DNA from: Lama glama
Taxonomy: Eukaryota
Assembly (NCBI GenBank): GCA_028534125.1
Contig: CM052817.1
Coordinates: forward strand, 109,370,001-109,418,936
Length of the DNA: 48,936 nucleotides
Direction of reading: 5' to 3'
Part shown: positions 13,451 to 28,715 of the stretch, one piece after another
How the letters are laid out: every line of letters starts with the position of its first letter
Numbering within the stretch: position 1 is the first letter of the stretch
Position numbers and translations under genes: made by a program
The notes under the pieces: model-generated
Told to the model about the DNA's origin: nothing
What the model saw: only the letters and a program-made list of their open reading frames with translations
Database searches by the model: none

Positions 13451-15695
13451 TTGTTCCATTCCTACTCTTAGCTGCCACACTCCTTCATGCACTCCTCCTG
13501 TCCACTCAATAAAATGTGTGAATTTTGATTTGATATTTAAATTAAGGTAGAATCATGACTCTCATTTTTTATACTTAATGTCTTTTGCTTATATTTTATT
13601 CTGTTTCAGAGGAAAAAAAAGAGCCACTTTGTGGGGAAAATTATTACTGTGGAAATACCCAAATGTTAAACAACTGAATTACTTAACTTTCTGATGTATA
13701 TTGTTGTTTACCAAAAAGTAACCATTTCCCCATAAGTCATTGTGAAAAAACAAAAACCTTCTCTCATGACTGTGAGAAGGGAAAATCTAGCTTCCAGGCA
13801 GGTGATATGAATTTGATTAACAGAAGGAATCATACATATTTTATGTCTGTAGAATGTAAAGTATGAAAAGTAATTCAAAAGATAAAATACAAAAAAAAAT
13901 CAGGGAAGTTTTAAACATCAGTCAGTATTATAAATGCGTGTTCCTGTAAGAGTTTCTGGGCATAGATGTCTACAAAGATATCCAAGTGACTAAACTGTCT
14001 GTGTATTCTAGGCATACAGTGTTTGGATATTTGAAGCCAAAAGTAGCTATTTACCCAACAATCCACTGTAGGAGTGGTTTCCTTCATACAAAAATTGGAT
14101 CCTATCATTCTCCCACTCACTTTGTCAAGGTCTTCCCACAAAATACGTATGTATTCTACTTGTCTGGAATCTGAAATCATTTCCTGGCACTCTACACCTC
14201 ACTCTTCCTACTCCAGTTTGTGGTTTTCCAAACATGCTCTGCTGGCAGATTTTCTTTTCTTTCACTTCCTGTTACATCTCCCCTAACTTTTTTCCCCCAG
14301 AAACAAGTAAATCTTATCTCAGAGTTCCCTCCCCCATGATTTTGACATTTCCAGAGACCCAGGTTTTGCCTATCTTGTATGTCCACTGTACTTCCTAACA
14401 AAATGGCATTAAATTTAATATTCACGTTTTCATTGTTTGCTTGTATGCCTTTTTAACATATTCAGAAAAGCCCCAAAAAACTGAGCTCCTGCTTTGAGCA
14501 CTAGAATTAAAATAATTAACAGAACAGATACAGCTCCTGATCTCTGCAAGCTTACAGACAGTTGGGAAAGATGGACATTAGGTAGCAATAACAGTAAAAT
14601 ACATGATTGAGTATTAGAGGCTTTACCAGGATGCACTGCAGTTGTCATGCCAAGTACAGGCATCAGAGAAGGCCTTCGGTAACAGTTTAGCTTGGAATGA
14701 TAAGGGTAAGTAGAAGGAGAGTCTGTAACATGACTGCCACGTAGCAGGACGCATAGCCAGCTCATAGCAAGTATTTGTTGAATGAACAAATAAATGATAA
14801 AGTAAAATTTTTCCTAATTTTCTGTATAATTTCTGCAAACTTCTCAACCTCTTTTTAAAAAATAAATTGAATGTTTAAAGGCTCAAGTTTTATCTAAGGA
14901 TAAAAATATTTTTAATACAAATTATTAAGAGTCAGATCTTGTAATGACTGTGTCCCCTCTTGCCTTCCACCTCCCACCTCTAAGACACTGGTTATTAAAG
15001 CCAGAAGAATATGATACGTCGACTTCCCAGAACTATGCTAATTTCTAAAAACCCACTTTTAAGCTATGTTATAGAAACAAAAGTTGCCAAGTATTTTTCA
15101 ACTTGGCTAATAAATTTAATCATGCTCATAAAGGCAAAGACACTTTGTCTATCTGAATTTTCCTAAAATGCAATCACCTTTGTTGTCTGCTTTCTTGATA
15201 CAAAAAACCTGATCATCATCCACCTGCAAGACATATCATCCATCTTGTCATGTGTCTGCAAAGATTCTTGAAACTTTTTTCCACTGACAGCTAACTCTGT
15301 TTTGACACTCTGTTTAAAGGAATGGAGCTAAAGGTTGGTTTAAGGAACTAAGTTGCTGCCACTCAGAGCTTGGGGAATTTTCTAACCTAGTGCCTTAATA
15401 TCTTTTTTGAGTATAATGTGGCCCATGCCTGAAATTCTTCTAAAGCACCAATTCAGTAAGCATATGGAATCTGCCAGAGGGACTGAAAAAACACCCTAAT
15501 AAATCTTATTATCTAAACAGTAGCAAAAATGACTGGGAGATGTGTCCATAGTACATAAAAATACTACGTAGTGTATGACAGGCCACTACTTGGAAGATGA
15601 AGAATAAGTAGTACAAGAAACTGTTATGCATTTGCTAATTCCATTTCCTGAACAGGGATTTTTTTTAAAAAAAAATGTATTTTACTCTGCACTAG

Positions 15696-15787
15696 GACAA
15701 AACTGCCATGTATTGTTTTCGCTGAGGACAGAGAACTGGATGCTGCAGAATTGAAAAATCCCTCACTTCATGGCTTCCTTCAGCAAG
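15696..15787 (+). other. Candidate internal exon of an unidentified, probably non-coding transcript
   Basis: tttactctgcactag| 92 nt |AAG/GTAAGT consensus donor in non-repeat sequence. One frame is open (TKLPCIVFAEDRELDAAELKNPSLHGFLQQ) but I do not recognise it. Confidence 0.3.
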
Positions 15788-16277
15788 GTAAGTTCTCACA
15801 AAATCCTCAGTAATTTTGGAGAATCAACTTTGTTCTTCAAAATCTTGTATTCCTTATCTTTGTAGTTTAATTAGAAAGTAGGGGGACTTTGAAGACAGAA
15901 AGATCCTTTGAAATTTGGACTTCAGATTCCAACTCTGCACTTACTCATCTATAATTTATACTGCCCCATTTCACCTCTCCCAGGCTGTTTCTCATTTGTA
16001 AATTAGGGTAGTATATGCCTTCATATTCTTTCCCTAGTTACATGGATGTAAGTGGCAGAGTTAGAATCTGAAATTCAATTTTTTTAAATCTTTCTATCTT
16101 CTTAGTTACTACATTTTGATGAATCTCTAAATAAAGTTTATTATTAATAACTAATTTATTGCTTACAACAAAATATTCAAAATTAAAATATAAATCAGAT
16201 AATGAAAATGGTCATCAGGGAACTATTATTATTTATCAGATTACCAAATGATCAAATGTGAATCCAGAGGTTTAACT

Positions 16278-16389
16278 TTAAATTTGGGGGAGAGTGATTT
16301 GGTATTGATTAACTGTAGGTGCTGGGGATTGAACCCAGGGCCTTGTATATGCTAGGCATGCACTCTGCCACTAAGTTGCACCATCCACC
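16278..16389 (-). mobile_element. Camelid tRNA-derived SINE (Vic-1/VicSINE-like), diverged copy
   Basis: gtgctggggattgaacccagggccttgtatatgctaggcatgcactctgccactaag (antisense B and A boxes). Confidence 0.85.
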
Positions 16390-18093
16390 CCAGATGTCTG
16401 ACTATATAGCACATAACCACTTTGTTGTATAGTTCTCAAGTGATTTGCTAAGAATTTATCTTTCTAAATGTCTTTCTAAAAGGGATTATGTCTTAAAGCA
16501 TATGATAGGATATTCTTTCTTTCTGAGTTTCAGATGAAACATTAATACAATTGTTATAAAGTACTAAAAAATTTTAGTATAGTATATAGTACTAAAAAAC
16601 TATATATATATGAAAATAGTATATAGTACTAAAAAAGGAAAGCAAATTTTACTACAGAAACACTATCATTTACATATCCTGCATGTTACCTGTCACCTTG
16701 AAAAGTTGAAGTAATAATAGTACTTACTTCTGTGGTTGTCATGAGAATTAAGGGAGATAATGTTTATGAAACATGTAACACAATGCTTACCAAATTACAG
16801 AGCAAACTCTTGAGTCCAGATGTTTGATTTCATATCTTTTTTTTAAATCAATCTTTGATGGGGGCAAGATACTGTATCATATTTTTGTGGGAACATTTTA
16901 ATAGCTTGTATGTATGTGTGTATATATAAATATATGTAAACATACTAGTATTAAGTGAAATCAAGGTATTTTTCTAGTATGAAAAGAAAAGTACTTTTTG
17001 TCACTAAATTTTACAAGTTCTTGTCCTGGCTTAGCATGACTAGATTTTTTTCAAATCTTCCTAATCGTGCTCTAAGGAGCTTAAAAGCACTTACTTCCAC
17101 TTAATCCCCTCAGTTCACTGTTGGAATCTAAATTTTTGCCTTACTGATGCCACTAACAGAGGGATACAGAATGTTAAAGCGGGAAAAAATAGAAGATTTT
17201 ACAGCTAATATGATCCAATCATCATATTTATAAGTGAAAGTATCAGAGTTTATCTGTTAGAAAGAAAAGAGAAGAGAGACTAACAACACAAACCAACCTC
17301 ACTCCTTGGCGGAGACGTCAGCGTTCCCACCGGGCATCCCGTCCATTGTACCGCTTCAGCGATTCAGATTTTAAGCACACCTGGGTTGTATCCTGTGGCT
17401 CTAATTATAACTCAGTCAGGGGTGGAAACTGAGCATCACTACCATCTTTTTAAGGACATTCTGACAAGCTGTTTTAATGACACACAGCATTATGCACCTG
17501 GAAATTCATGACGAAGAGCTGTCAGCCCTGCGGGAAGATGGTTCACTGAGCTGAGTGGAGGCTGAGAGGTCTGGAGGATGAAAACAAAACTCCCTGCCCT
17601 TTAAGAGAAACTTGCTGTTTTAAGCTGCTAAAGGCTGGTCAGAAAGAAGCAAGGAGCTTCCAGATATAAGCTACCCTCAACTCTATTTATATCTCCAGTG
17701 CTTGGAGAGTTACATTATGCAATCAGATAAAACTTATTACTGATGGCTTTTTAAAACTCTTCATGAAAGTCAAGCATTGATACCTTAGAAAATCTAATTC
17801 ACTATTCTTCAAAATGCCTAAAGCTGAACTAATTAAGCCTTTTGGTTATCATCTGAGCTGTTTTTGCAATTTCTTTCAGCATGCCCCAAAGTCATATAGG
17901 AAATATTTTTAGAAACAGTAAAAATACTGAATGTAAGAATTAAAAACAGGTGAGCAATTGATTTGCAGTTTTTTTACTTAAATTGGCAATAACTTAGCAT
18001 TTTGTAAATTACAGAATAATGTTATAGATCCACTAATATGTCATTTATAAAGAAATTTGTGCAAGGGGGTCTAACTATAGAAAACTGAATACA

Positions 18094-18102
18094 TATCCAC
18101 TT
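18094..18102. repeat. Target-site duplication, left copy (TATCCACTT), of the RHBDD3 retrocopy
   Basis: Identical 9-mer at 19611-19619; abuts the A-rich tail remnant (minus strand AAAAATAAATC). Confidence 0.8.
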
Positions 18103-19610
<1,508 letters not shown>

Positions 19611-19619
19611 TATCCACTT
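19611..19619. repeat. Target-site duplication, right copy (TATCCACTT), of the RHBDD3 retrocopy
   Basis: Minus strand reads TTT/AAAGTGGATA, an L1-endonuclease-like TT/AAAA site. Confidence 0.8.
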
Positions 19620-20069
19620 TAAATTTAAAACATGTTCAAATAACAAAGACTGTTATTGTTATTGTTGTGGTTAGGAAATGCAGCTTAAAAATAATCATTG
19701 ATTTCCTTCTCATATTCATTCCTGAGTAATAACTGAGAAATTCCCTACACACTGAGATGTAAATCTTTCCTCTTGAGCGTGCTAATCTGCATCTACCACA
19801 AGCTCTCTGGGCCAGGGGCTGAATAAACCACTTTAGCTCCGTGGGTTAATGAAGAAATAAGCTGGAATAAGGGGAGAAGCTTCTCCAGGAATAAACTGAA
19901 AAGAAAAGAGCTGTTCTCCATAGACAATTAAAACCAGAACACAAAAGAGAATATCCACATGTATCAGAAAGTTCATTTTTTTTCCATCAAGACTTTGAGA
20001 CCACATACATATTCTCCAGGAATAAAGAGGACGGCTCCTTTCTTATCCCTCTGGACTTTTCACTGATCT

Positions 20070-21030
20070 CACTCATCATTCATCCCTTCAATACATATTT
20101 ATGAATTACCTCTTATGTGTGAGGATCTAGACCAAGAAACAAGGTTGGATAAATGTTTTCACAGTCCCATGAACTAGACAGATACATAAATAAGTCATTT
20201 CAATCATTATTATTATCTACAATGTAGAAGATTATGGCAAAAAAGTGATAAATTCCTGAAGTTAGAGGAATACAGATGGTTGAAATGTTTCGCAGAAAAG
20301 AAATAAGCAAGTTTTGATTCACACAGTGTGTAAGTTGGAATTGGCCAAAACATAACAACAGTAGCATTCCCGATTGCTTGCTAGGTGCTGAGCACTGTGT
20401 TAAGTGCTTTACAAAAAGTAATCATCTCACTTAATCCTCATGACAACCACTCATGACAGTAGGTGCCATTATTTCAACTTCACAGGTAACAAACTGAGCC
20501 ATAGAAAAGTTTAGAATTTTGCCCAAGGTCATGTAATGGCAAGTTGGATTTGAATACAAGCCAAAAATCTATGTCTGTTAGACTCTGCTGCCCCACAAGT
20601 AGAATGGAGAGGTGTCTCAGATAATAAATATTTAAGAGCCAGACATGCAAAACAGCACTGAGTAATTCAGCATGTGTGGAGCAAAGGTTCTATTTCAGGA
20701 GTGACAGGCACAGGACTGGGATAAAGGAAACAGGGACCAGGCAAGGTAGACTGTGTATGCCATGCATATTGAGAATGGAATAAAAAAATACAAGACTATA
20801 GGCCAGGAGATTGGATGGCAGATGACCACGTTAGCCAACATGAAAGACTAGATGGTCTGAGATTGAACAGCATCCATGTGGCAGCTGGTGATTGGCAAGA
20901 AGCTGAGGAGAAAGAGTAGGTAAGATTTGGAGAGGGACAGAATGTGGTGAATGCAGAAGGAAAGAACTAGAATGACTCTAAGGCACAGTACCTGGGTAGC
21001 GTGCTATACTGTGTGCCACCAACCACAAGA
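20070..21030 (-). mobile_element. L2 fragments with a nested MIR at about 20360-20590
   Basis: cattcatcccttcaatacatatttatg (L2 end); gcactgtgttaagtgctttac...cttaatcctcatgacaacc...gcccaaggtca (MIR). Confidence 0.6.
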
Positions 21031-22164
21031 GGAAGAGAGTTGTTTCCAAAGCTCCGGATCCTCAGGTTTACTGCCGTTTAGGATTCCATGTGCACTTTTA
21101 AGAGAATGCATATGCCCACTGAAAGCATCAGCTATTCACTAGATATTTCTCAAAGAATACAGCCCCTATTCCTTAATCCTTTGGGCAAAAATATATCGTT
21201 TGGTTCCCTTTTGCAGTCCAAAAAAAATTATCTTCATCCCTAATACATGCAAACCTACAGGAAGAATCAGCTTTCATCTTTTCTTGTGTGACATTCAAAT
21301 TGCTTTGCAGACGTCATCTCACCAATATTTACATTAACTCCATAAGCTGTGCCAATTAAAAATGTATTCCTATCTTTAAAGGGTAAAGAGAGGTTAAGTG
21401 ACTCATCTGGGGAACAGGAAATAATAGCTCACTCTCTGGAATCCGCTCCTTATGTGTAAGAGCACTTGGCAGATGGTTATTGATATTTCATGTGGCTTGA
21501 GTTGTTGGGGTCTTTATTTACTAGTAAACAAGGAGCTCAGGAGCAGAAGAGAAACTGAAGATGGCTTTTTCAATACAGCCACTTTTTTTCCTTAATCCTA
21601 GGCAAGCTTTTCCACTGACCTGTGAACTCAATAAATAAGAATTTCAAGGTGATACTCAACATCAGTGAAATATCCATAGAAACGTGGAGAGAAATGTTCA
21701 CCACATACTTGATTTTTACATCAAACATCAGATTGCAATCCAACCCAATAAAGTAACATGAAAATGTATGTTACAGATTTCTACCACTGAATAAAGCTCT
21801 AAGTTTGGACTTGCCATACATTCTTTATTACATGCAGGTAAGCAACTCTGATGAAACACTGTGGTCCATTTTCCAAGTGAAGTAAATCATCAGTTCTGGG
21901 GAGAAAAAACAAATGATTGCTTTCTCTTCCTTAAATCACCTTTTTCTCTGTGTGTTGGTTTCATGCGGTTTTTCAGGTTCCCATACTCACATGAATTTCT
22001 CCCCACAGTCTGGCTCTTCAAAGTTTCCTTGGTGGATCTCTGCATTGTCTGACCTTAAAACTTGGAAGTACCCTGGGATCCCTTCTCTCTTTTATCTATA
22101 TTCACTCCCTATGGATTATCGAGGGGCCTATTAGATGTTAAAGTTTGAACAGTCTTTTTTAGAA

Positions 22165-22280
22165 AGTTTTAAAAATGAAATATAGTCAGTTTATAACGTG
22201 TCAATCTCTGGTGTACAGCATAATAGTTGTCATACATATACATACATATATTCCTTGTCATATTCTTTTTCATTATATAG
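22165..22280 (-). mobile_element. Lineage-specific L1 3' end fragment
   Basis: gaaatatagtcagtttataacgtgtcaatctctggtgtacagcataat; same family as the copy at 38515. Confidence 0.8.
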
Positions 22281-22800
22281 TGTCTTTATTAGAGTCAAAG
22301 AAGCAAAACCAGTACTAGTGATAGGGAATATGGACTTTATTTCAGGCATTAGACCTTTCCCAATTATGGGCTGTGGTGAAGGAGTCTATGGAAGGCTACT
22401 ACTTCTGAATCTGATGGTGAGCCTACTATCCCACTAAGGACACCAGGGCTGGCAGTCAGTGAGAATGCTGGAAGGGAAAGAAGGTGAGCAAGGAAACATA
22501 GAGCCCTCAAGAACAAGCCCAAACCTGCAAAACCAAACTGGACATGTGTGAACAAACTGAGACCATGTCTATTTCTCACTGTCTCTGACTTCAGTAATGA
22601 GTGTGACCTGCAGAAAAAGCTGGTACTGTTCTCAGTGGAGGTCCTGGTCCAGGACTGAGAGAAGCTGAAAGAGGAAACCCAGTGGGAGCTGAGGGCCCTG
22701 GAGCAACAAGCTGAGTGGCCGGCAATCAGTGCCTCTGAGCATGCACTGCAGCCACGCTGACCCCTGCGCTGACCTCCTGCAGTGCCTAAGGGCTGCTATT
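22281..22800. mobile_element. Possible ancient ERVL LTR remnant
   Basis: Starts tgtctttattagagtc...gaagcaaaaccagtactag, which is LTR-like; family not identified. Confidence 0.35.
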
Positions 22801-23183
22801 TCTCTGCAGACACTGACATGGCATGCCTTTCCCTTCCCTTAAGGTTTCATTTTTTTCCTGAGACCTTCCCAGGCCTCCCCCTTTAACTGCAACCCCACTC
22901 TCACAAAAAGTCCTCATCCTGGATTTATTTTTGTCCTTACCACTTTTTATTTTATTTTATAGTTTTTACCTACATATCTTAAATTTTATCTGCTAACAAG
23001 TAAAATTTATGAGAGTAGGTATATTGTCTACTCTGTTAAATAGTGCTTCCTAATTCTGGCATATGATAAGCGTTAGATATTTGCTGTAGCAGTACTAGTT
23101 TTACAATTAAATGAAATGGCCTGAAATTTTATATTTTATATTAATCAGGTTTTATGGAACTCCATCCAGAAAGAAAGGCTCAT

Positions 23184-23401
23184 TGGGATTAACAGATTCA
23201 CATTACTATATATAAAATAATAACAAGGACCTACTGTATAACATGGGGAACTATATTCAATTTCTTGTCATGAACTGTAATGGAAAAGAATCTGAAAAAA
23301 AATGTATGTATATGTATAACTGAATCGCTTTGCTATGCACCTGAAACTAGCATTGTAAATTAACAACACTTCAATAAAAAACAAGTAATACATCAGAAAA
23401 A
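23184..23401 (+). mobile_element. Cetartiodactyl L1 (L1_Art-like) 3' end with TSD
   Basis: aacaaggacctactgtata...gggaactatattcaa...tgaatcgctttgctatgcacctgaaact...ttcaataaaaa. TSD aaagaaaggctcat (23170-23183) / aaagaatggcttat (23402-23415). Confidence 0.88.
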
Positions 23402-23455
23402 AAAGAATGGCTTATAAATTGAGGTATATCCTTAAAACAGCTGTGTGTTTTAACT

Positions 23456-23537
23456 TTTTGATTGAATCATATGAAATTTCTAATTTTTTATTATTTTTAA
23501 CCTACAAAAATGACAGTTTTATATGGCTTAACTAATT
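23456..23537. mobile_element. MADE2-like mariner MITE
   Basis: About 80-bp imperfect palindrome ttgaatcatatgaaatt...cctacaaaaatgacagttttatatggcttaac. Confidence 0.75.
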
Positions 23538-26500
23538 TGTCAACTACAACTCAAGAAAAATGACAAAAATTTAGAGAAATCTATAAATAAACTTGAACTA
23601 TGTGTATGTATGTGTGCTGATTAAGTTTCTTCTTTGCTTTCCTGAGGTTTACAAATATACTTCCCAATTCTGAAATCTACAAACTAACCAGATACCAGTA
23701 ACTTCATAAAAAGGAGAAAACAAAGTAACAAAAAAAATGGGACTGTCAATGACCTAGAACACAACTACTTGTAAGCTTAACTGTTTCTTTGCAGTTTCAT
23801 GCAGTTTAAATGCTGGTACTCAGTATTTAGTGGGAAAACCATTTCTGTGGACTTCACTGCACTTTCACAGCATTTAACAGCTACTTCCCCCCCCCACTGT
23901 AAAAATATGAAAAGAAAAATTAAGAATTTAAAACTTTGTATTTGACTATCTTACTGTGAAACTACAAAGATAGAAACTTTAATAAAGAGTGATGAAATCA
24001 TCAAAAACATTTTAAAAAGCATGTCAAACTTCTCACTCACTCTCCTGCTTTATATGATTATAATTCATTTTTATATAGTGGTCACCTGACAAAATCCAAC
24101 TATTTTACAGTGACACACACACAGAAGCCACACACACATATACAAAGACACAACACATGTAAGTAAAATTTAAAAATCTCTTTTGTCCCTTTTCACAAAG
24201 GAGAATAAAGAGAAAAAGTTATTTAAGTCCCTCATTTTAAGAAAGCTAATTATCACATTTCGCCTCCATTGTCCATGACCGACCTACTGTGGGAAGCGAC
24301 TGTACTATTCTTATGCAATCTGTTTCTTCCAAACACTGAAGTATTCACAGCTAAGGGGAGATGATAAAGGAAGAAAACATGTCCTTGGAATCTGGCAGTT
24401 CCCGGTGAGAAGATGCTGAAATGGGAACAGGAATGGGATGCTGACAGTGAAAGAAAACCACCTCATTGCCCACCTGTGCCCTGTCAGCAAGGTGCTAGTT
24501 TCCTTCCTCAGTAACCTGCAAGATCCTTCTGACTCTACATTTGAATGACTTGATGGTTATAACATTTTTGAAGCCAATATGCATTTTTAAATTTATTCAC
24601 TTATTTGTTTGGTTTTGTTTGGTTTTATTTTGCATTTTGGCAAAAATGATTTGAAACAGCTTTAGAATCACACATTTAATAAGTGATAGAGCTCACATGG
24701 AAACAGCTCTCTTTGATATCAAGATTTTTGCTTTGCCAGCTGAGCCATACCATCCTTTCATAATATGAAAACTTACTAATGGCCAGGTGATACATTAAAG
24801 GTTTGTATTTTCTCTTTCCAAAAGGACTGATTTCACTCATTTGCCAAAATAAAATGAAATGACTATAAACCATTAAAACAATTTCTCATCTGTAATTTCA
24901 GCCATAGTAATTCTAATTAAATAGTATCTCTAGGAAAACTTCTCTAGGAAAATATCTCTTTAGTAAAATCATCTTTTAGTTCTCTAGCCCCCTGGCCATT
25001 TCTTCAGTGGTCATTTCTATAACTCAATATGTCAAAGTTTATTTTGTGTCTTTCAATTTATTGATAGAAATTTCTACCAAGTCTGGTTCTGTCCGCTCAT
25101 ATTTTTCAACTTATATGTATAATTTCCAAGCCTATTGGGGGGGAATCTCATGGTTTTTAATGGAAAGGAAGATCCTATGTAAAAACGTTTTTTGTGTGTA
25201 GATCTTTCTCAGCATATTTTTTATATAGTTATTTGTTCAAACAGAGGGACTCCTTATATGTAGAACGTGACACTGAATGCTAACTGCACAAGCATATGCT
25301 CTCATGTGTAGCTGGCTATATTGCAGTTGTTGTCATTTTATATAATTGATTACTCTGTACTGAAATACACACACATAGAATTTAAATTGAAAAAGCTTTT
25401 TTCTTGATTTTATAATTGATATCCAAGATTCGTTACAAATGACTGTTAAGTACATCACAGGTAAAGTATTGTAGAAATCCAACTTCCTGTTGAGTGGTGG
25501 AAGCCAATTTACAAACACAGTTACATTTTACATTAGTGCATGAACCAGAGAGGTTTATTCCTGCAGTGTGCACAACAGAGTATTTCTATATAAGATCTTT
25601 AATTAAATCAAGGTATTAGATCTTTAGCTTTGCATCCTAAAGCTTATTTACACTGGAGAATGTGACACTAGGCTTTTGGAATCAGAAGTTGGGTTTGAAA
25701 CCTGCTGCTTCCATTCTACAAATTGGCAGAAAAATAATTAAATTTTCTAAGCCTCATTTTATGAGATAGTATCTACAGGAAAGACTATGTGAGTATTGGA
25801 ATTTGCCAACCTTCAGAACCGAGTACACAGGAAATCTAGGCAGAAGCTTAAATAAATACAAGATACATGTTAGTGACCTTCCCAGAGGCATGAGCTTAAA
25901 CATTATTAGAATTTATACTGTCACAACATTGTAAAACAACTATATTTCAATTAACCGCCCCCCCCCCAATTACTTGAACTAGTTGGGTTTAAGGACATTA
26001 CTGGAGTACCTGTATTACTTGTCTCCATGGTTAACTTTTAAATTTACAATTGGTGGTGATCATAAAGGTGAAAGGGCTGTATAAACTGTGAAAGATTTCA
26101 AAATATTCACTACTGTTTTTATTTCTATTTCCAGTATCTTAAGTTCTGCTTCACAACTAATCTACCTAATTGACAATGCAAAGTGTAATTAAGCTTCCTT
26201 AAAGTCACACTTCAAAATAATTAAAGAGTGAAGCAGATCCTATCTGATAACAGAGCTTTTATTTCTCTTCTGACTTCAGCTCCATTTTCCAGGGCTCCGG
26301 TCAGTGTCAGGAGCCTGGACATCATAATGGGCTATAACCAAGGAGTGGCTGGGGTGGAGTATCTAGAGCACCGCTGTCTTCATTTTGGTCTGTGCTCTTT
26401 GAGGGATAGTCTGTTCACACTCCAATATGTTTAATAAAGTTATTAATGAAATGCCTCTTTCAGTTTAATTTTTATTGTTTTGTTTTTAAGCCAACCTGTA

Positions 26501-26989
26501 GCCTTCAAGGAACTCCTACATGATTGGAGATTCCATAGATGACTGGATAAGGGGCTTATCTTACCAGAGAGACCCTTCTGAGGAGAGGACCAAGGCTGTT
26601 TAATAGCCTGTCTGGGGTCACTTCTATATTCCAAAGTCTTGTTTCAGGAAACAAAGCTAAAGGAATAAAAGCTATTACATAAATTGTCAAAAACAATGAA
26701 GACATTATTAACAGGGTTATTAATAACTGCAAACCACATAATTTGGGTCCACTTTGCTTTACCCCTTTCTACGTACAATGGAAATGTTTTTAATGAACAA
26801 ATTACTATCAATATGGACTTAATTTTCCTCATTTGTAAAAAGAAGCAATAGGATTTGGTCAGTGAAGTCCACACAGCAGCCTGATCCTATACAATGTTCC
26901 CATCATTTAAGAGTTTGATGGTCTAAATAGTTTGAGAAAATCTGCATGACTTTGATGATGTGCTGATAAACAGGCTCTGGGAGTGGTGA

Positions 26990-27146
26990 GGGCTGATTTA
27001 TGACAGCTGCCAATTTCTGTGGTGTAAATATTCCCACAGTGCCCAATGTCAAGCTACCAACAGCTTAATAACTGACTCATACAATTTCTGAATATTTGGC
27101 AGTTAACTCTCACCAACTGGTAAGAGCCAGCTCCAGCATATCACTG
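26990..27146 (-). mobile_element. MER63-like hAT DNA transposon fragment
   Basis: tgccaatttctgtggtgtaaatattcccac...aagctaccaac...gagccagctccagcatatcactg. Confidence 0.75.
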
Positions 27147-27289
27147 TATGTTTCTATGCTGAAGCTACACAATCACAAATGATAGAAAAATAAAAGTCTT
27201 GGAATTTACCCTAGCTTTTTCCAAAATATTTTAGACTATTAAGTACTTTTTATAAATTAACACCTACTTAACACATATTTATAGATCAT

Positions 27290-27666
27290 CATGTTGGCTT
27301 GTCCATATCTTCTCACCTTAGTCTTTCCATGCAAGTCAATCCCACACCTGAATCCCATCACCCACATTTCTTTGCCGGGGGGGGGGCTTTCTTCCAAGGC
27401 ACACTTTTCCTGCTTATACTGCAAGCTATGACTATCATGGGATTTAGCTCCCTGGAATCAGCCTCAACCAACATCCAAGAGAAGTTTTTCAGTGTCATCT
27501 GAAAGTTTCCGTAGGATAATTAACTCCATCACTCTTAATTGTCCACCTTCCCTTCTTTGTCTGTCTTCTCTATCTCCTGCCACTGTTGATAGTACTTCTC
27601 AAATAAAATACTTAGTTTTGGATTTTTGTCTCAGGGTCTGTTTCAGGAAAAATCCAAACGAAGACA
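27290..27666 (+). mobile_element. LTR16-like ERVL LTR
   Basis: 3' end aaataaaatactt...tgtctcagggtctgtttcaggaaaaatccaaacgaagaca. Confidence 0.65.
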
Positions 27667-28149
27667 CACGGTTTGGAAAATGATGGGCTAGAAAATCTCA
27701 ATGACCACTTTAGCTCTAATTATCAAAGATTAAAATAACATCCCCAGATTATTTCTGACATCTTCAGACTCCAGTCCCTTCTATCACCGTGCCTGGCTTA
27801 CATAAGCCACTTAATGAATGTGTGCTGAGCTAATTCTTTCTGGGAATAAAACCAAGATATGCTGATAAAGGAAAAAGTATAAAGTCAGGAGGTGACTGAC
27901 TTTGTAGCACTAACCAGAGATTTCAGTTTTATCTGAATAGCCTGTATACCTACCGTTGCCTCACTTTGCCAACACTTGCCCTGCTTCTTTGCCTCCTCCA
28001 TGGCACCTGCCTTGTGTGCAATTCAGTATCTCAATATCTTTCTCCAACCCCTTTAGTCTTCCAAATTGCTTCATGATTAAGAAATGTGCGTTCCTCATAG
28101 GTTCTTCGCATTCACTCATCTACAAGTATGTAGATGAAATTTTTTATAT

Positions 28150-28215
28150 GGCCAAGTGAAGTAACTAGGAAGAGAAAGAAAAATGCCATATGATATCACT
28201 CATATGTGGAAGCTT
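28150..28215 (+). mobile_element. L1 ORF2-end fragment truncated by the gap
   Basis: aagtgaagtaactaggaagagaaagaaaaatgccatatgatatcactcatatgtggaa. Confidence 0.8.
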
Positions 28216-28715
28216 NNNNNNNNNNNNNNNNNNNNNNNNNNNNNNNNNNNNNNNNNNNNNNNNNNNNNNNNNNNNNNNNNNNNNNNNNNNNNNNNNNNNN
28301 NNNNNNNNNNNNNNNNNNNNNNNNNNNNNNNNNNNNNNNNNNNNNNNNNNNNNNNNNNNNNNNNNNNNNNNNNNNNNNNNNNNNNNNNNNNNNNNNNNNN
28401 NNNNNNNNNNNNNNNNNNNNNNNNNNNNNNNNNNNNNNNNNNNNNNNNNNNNNNNNNNNNNNNNNNNNNNNNNNNNNNNNNNNNNNNNNNNNNNNNNNNN
28501 NNNNNNNNNNNNNNNNNNNNNNNNNNNNNNNNNNNNNNNNNNNNNNNNNNNNNNNNNNNNNNNNNNNNNNNNNNNNNNNNNNNNNNNNNNNNNNNNNNNN
28601 NNNNNNNNNNNNNNNNNNNNNNNNNNNNNNNNNNNNNNNNNNNNNNNNNNNNNNNNNNNNNNNNNNNNNNNNNNNNNNNNNNNNNNNNNNNNNNNNNNNN
28701 NNNNNNNNNNNNNNN
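28216..28715. other. Assembly gap, exactly 500 N
   Basis: N run seen directly; the round size suggests a placeholder of unknown true length. Confidence 1.
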
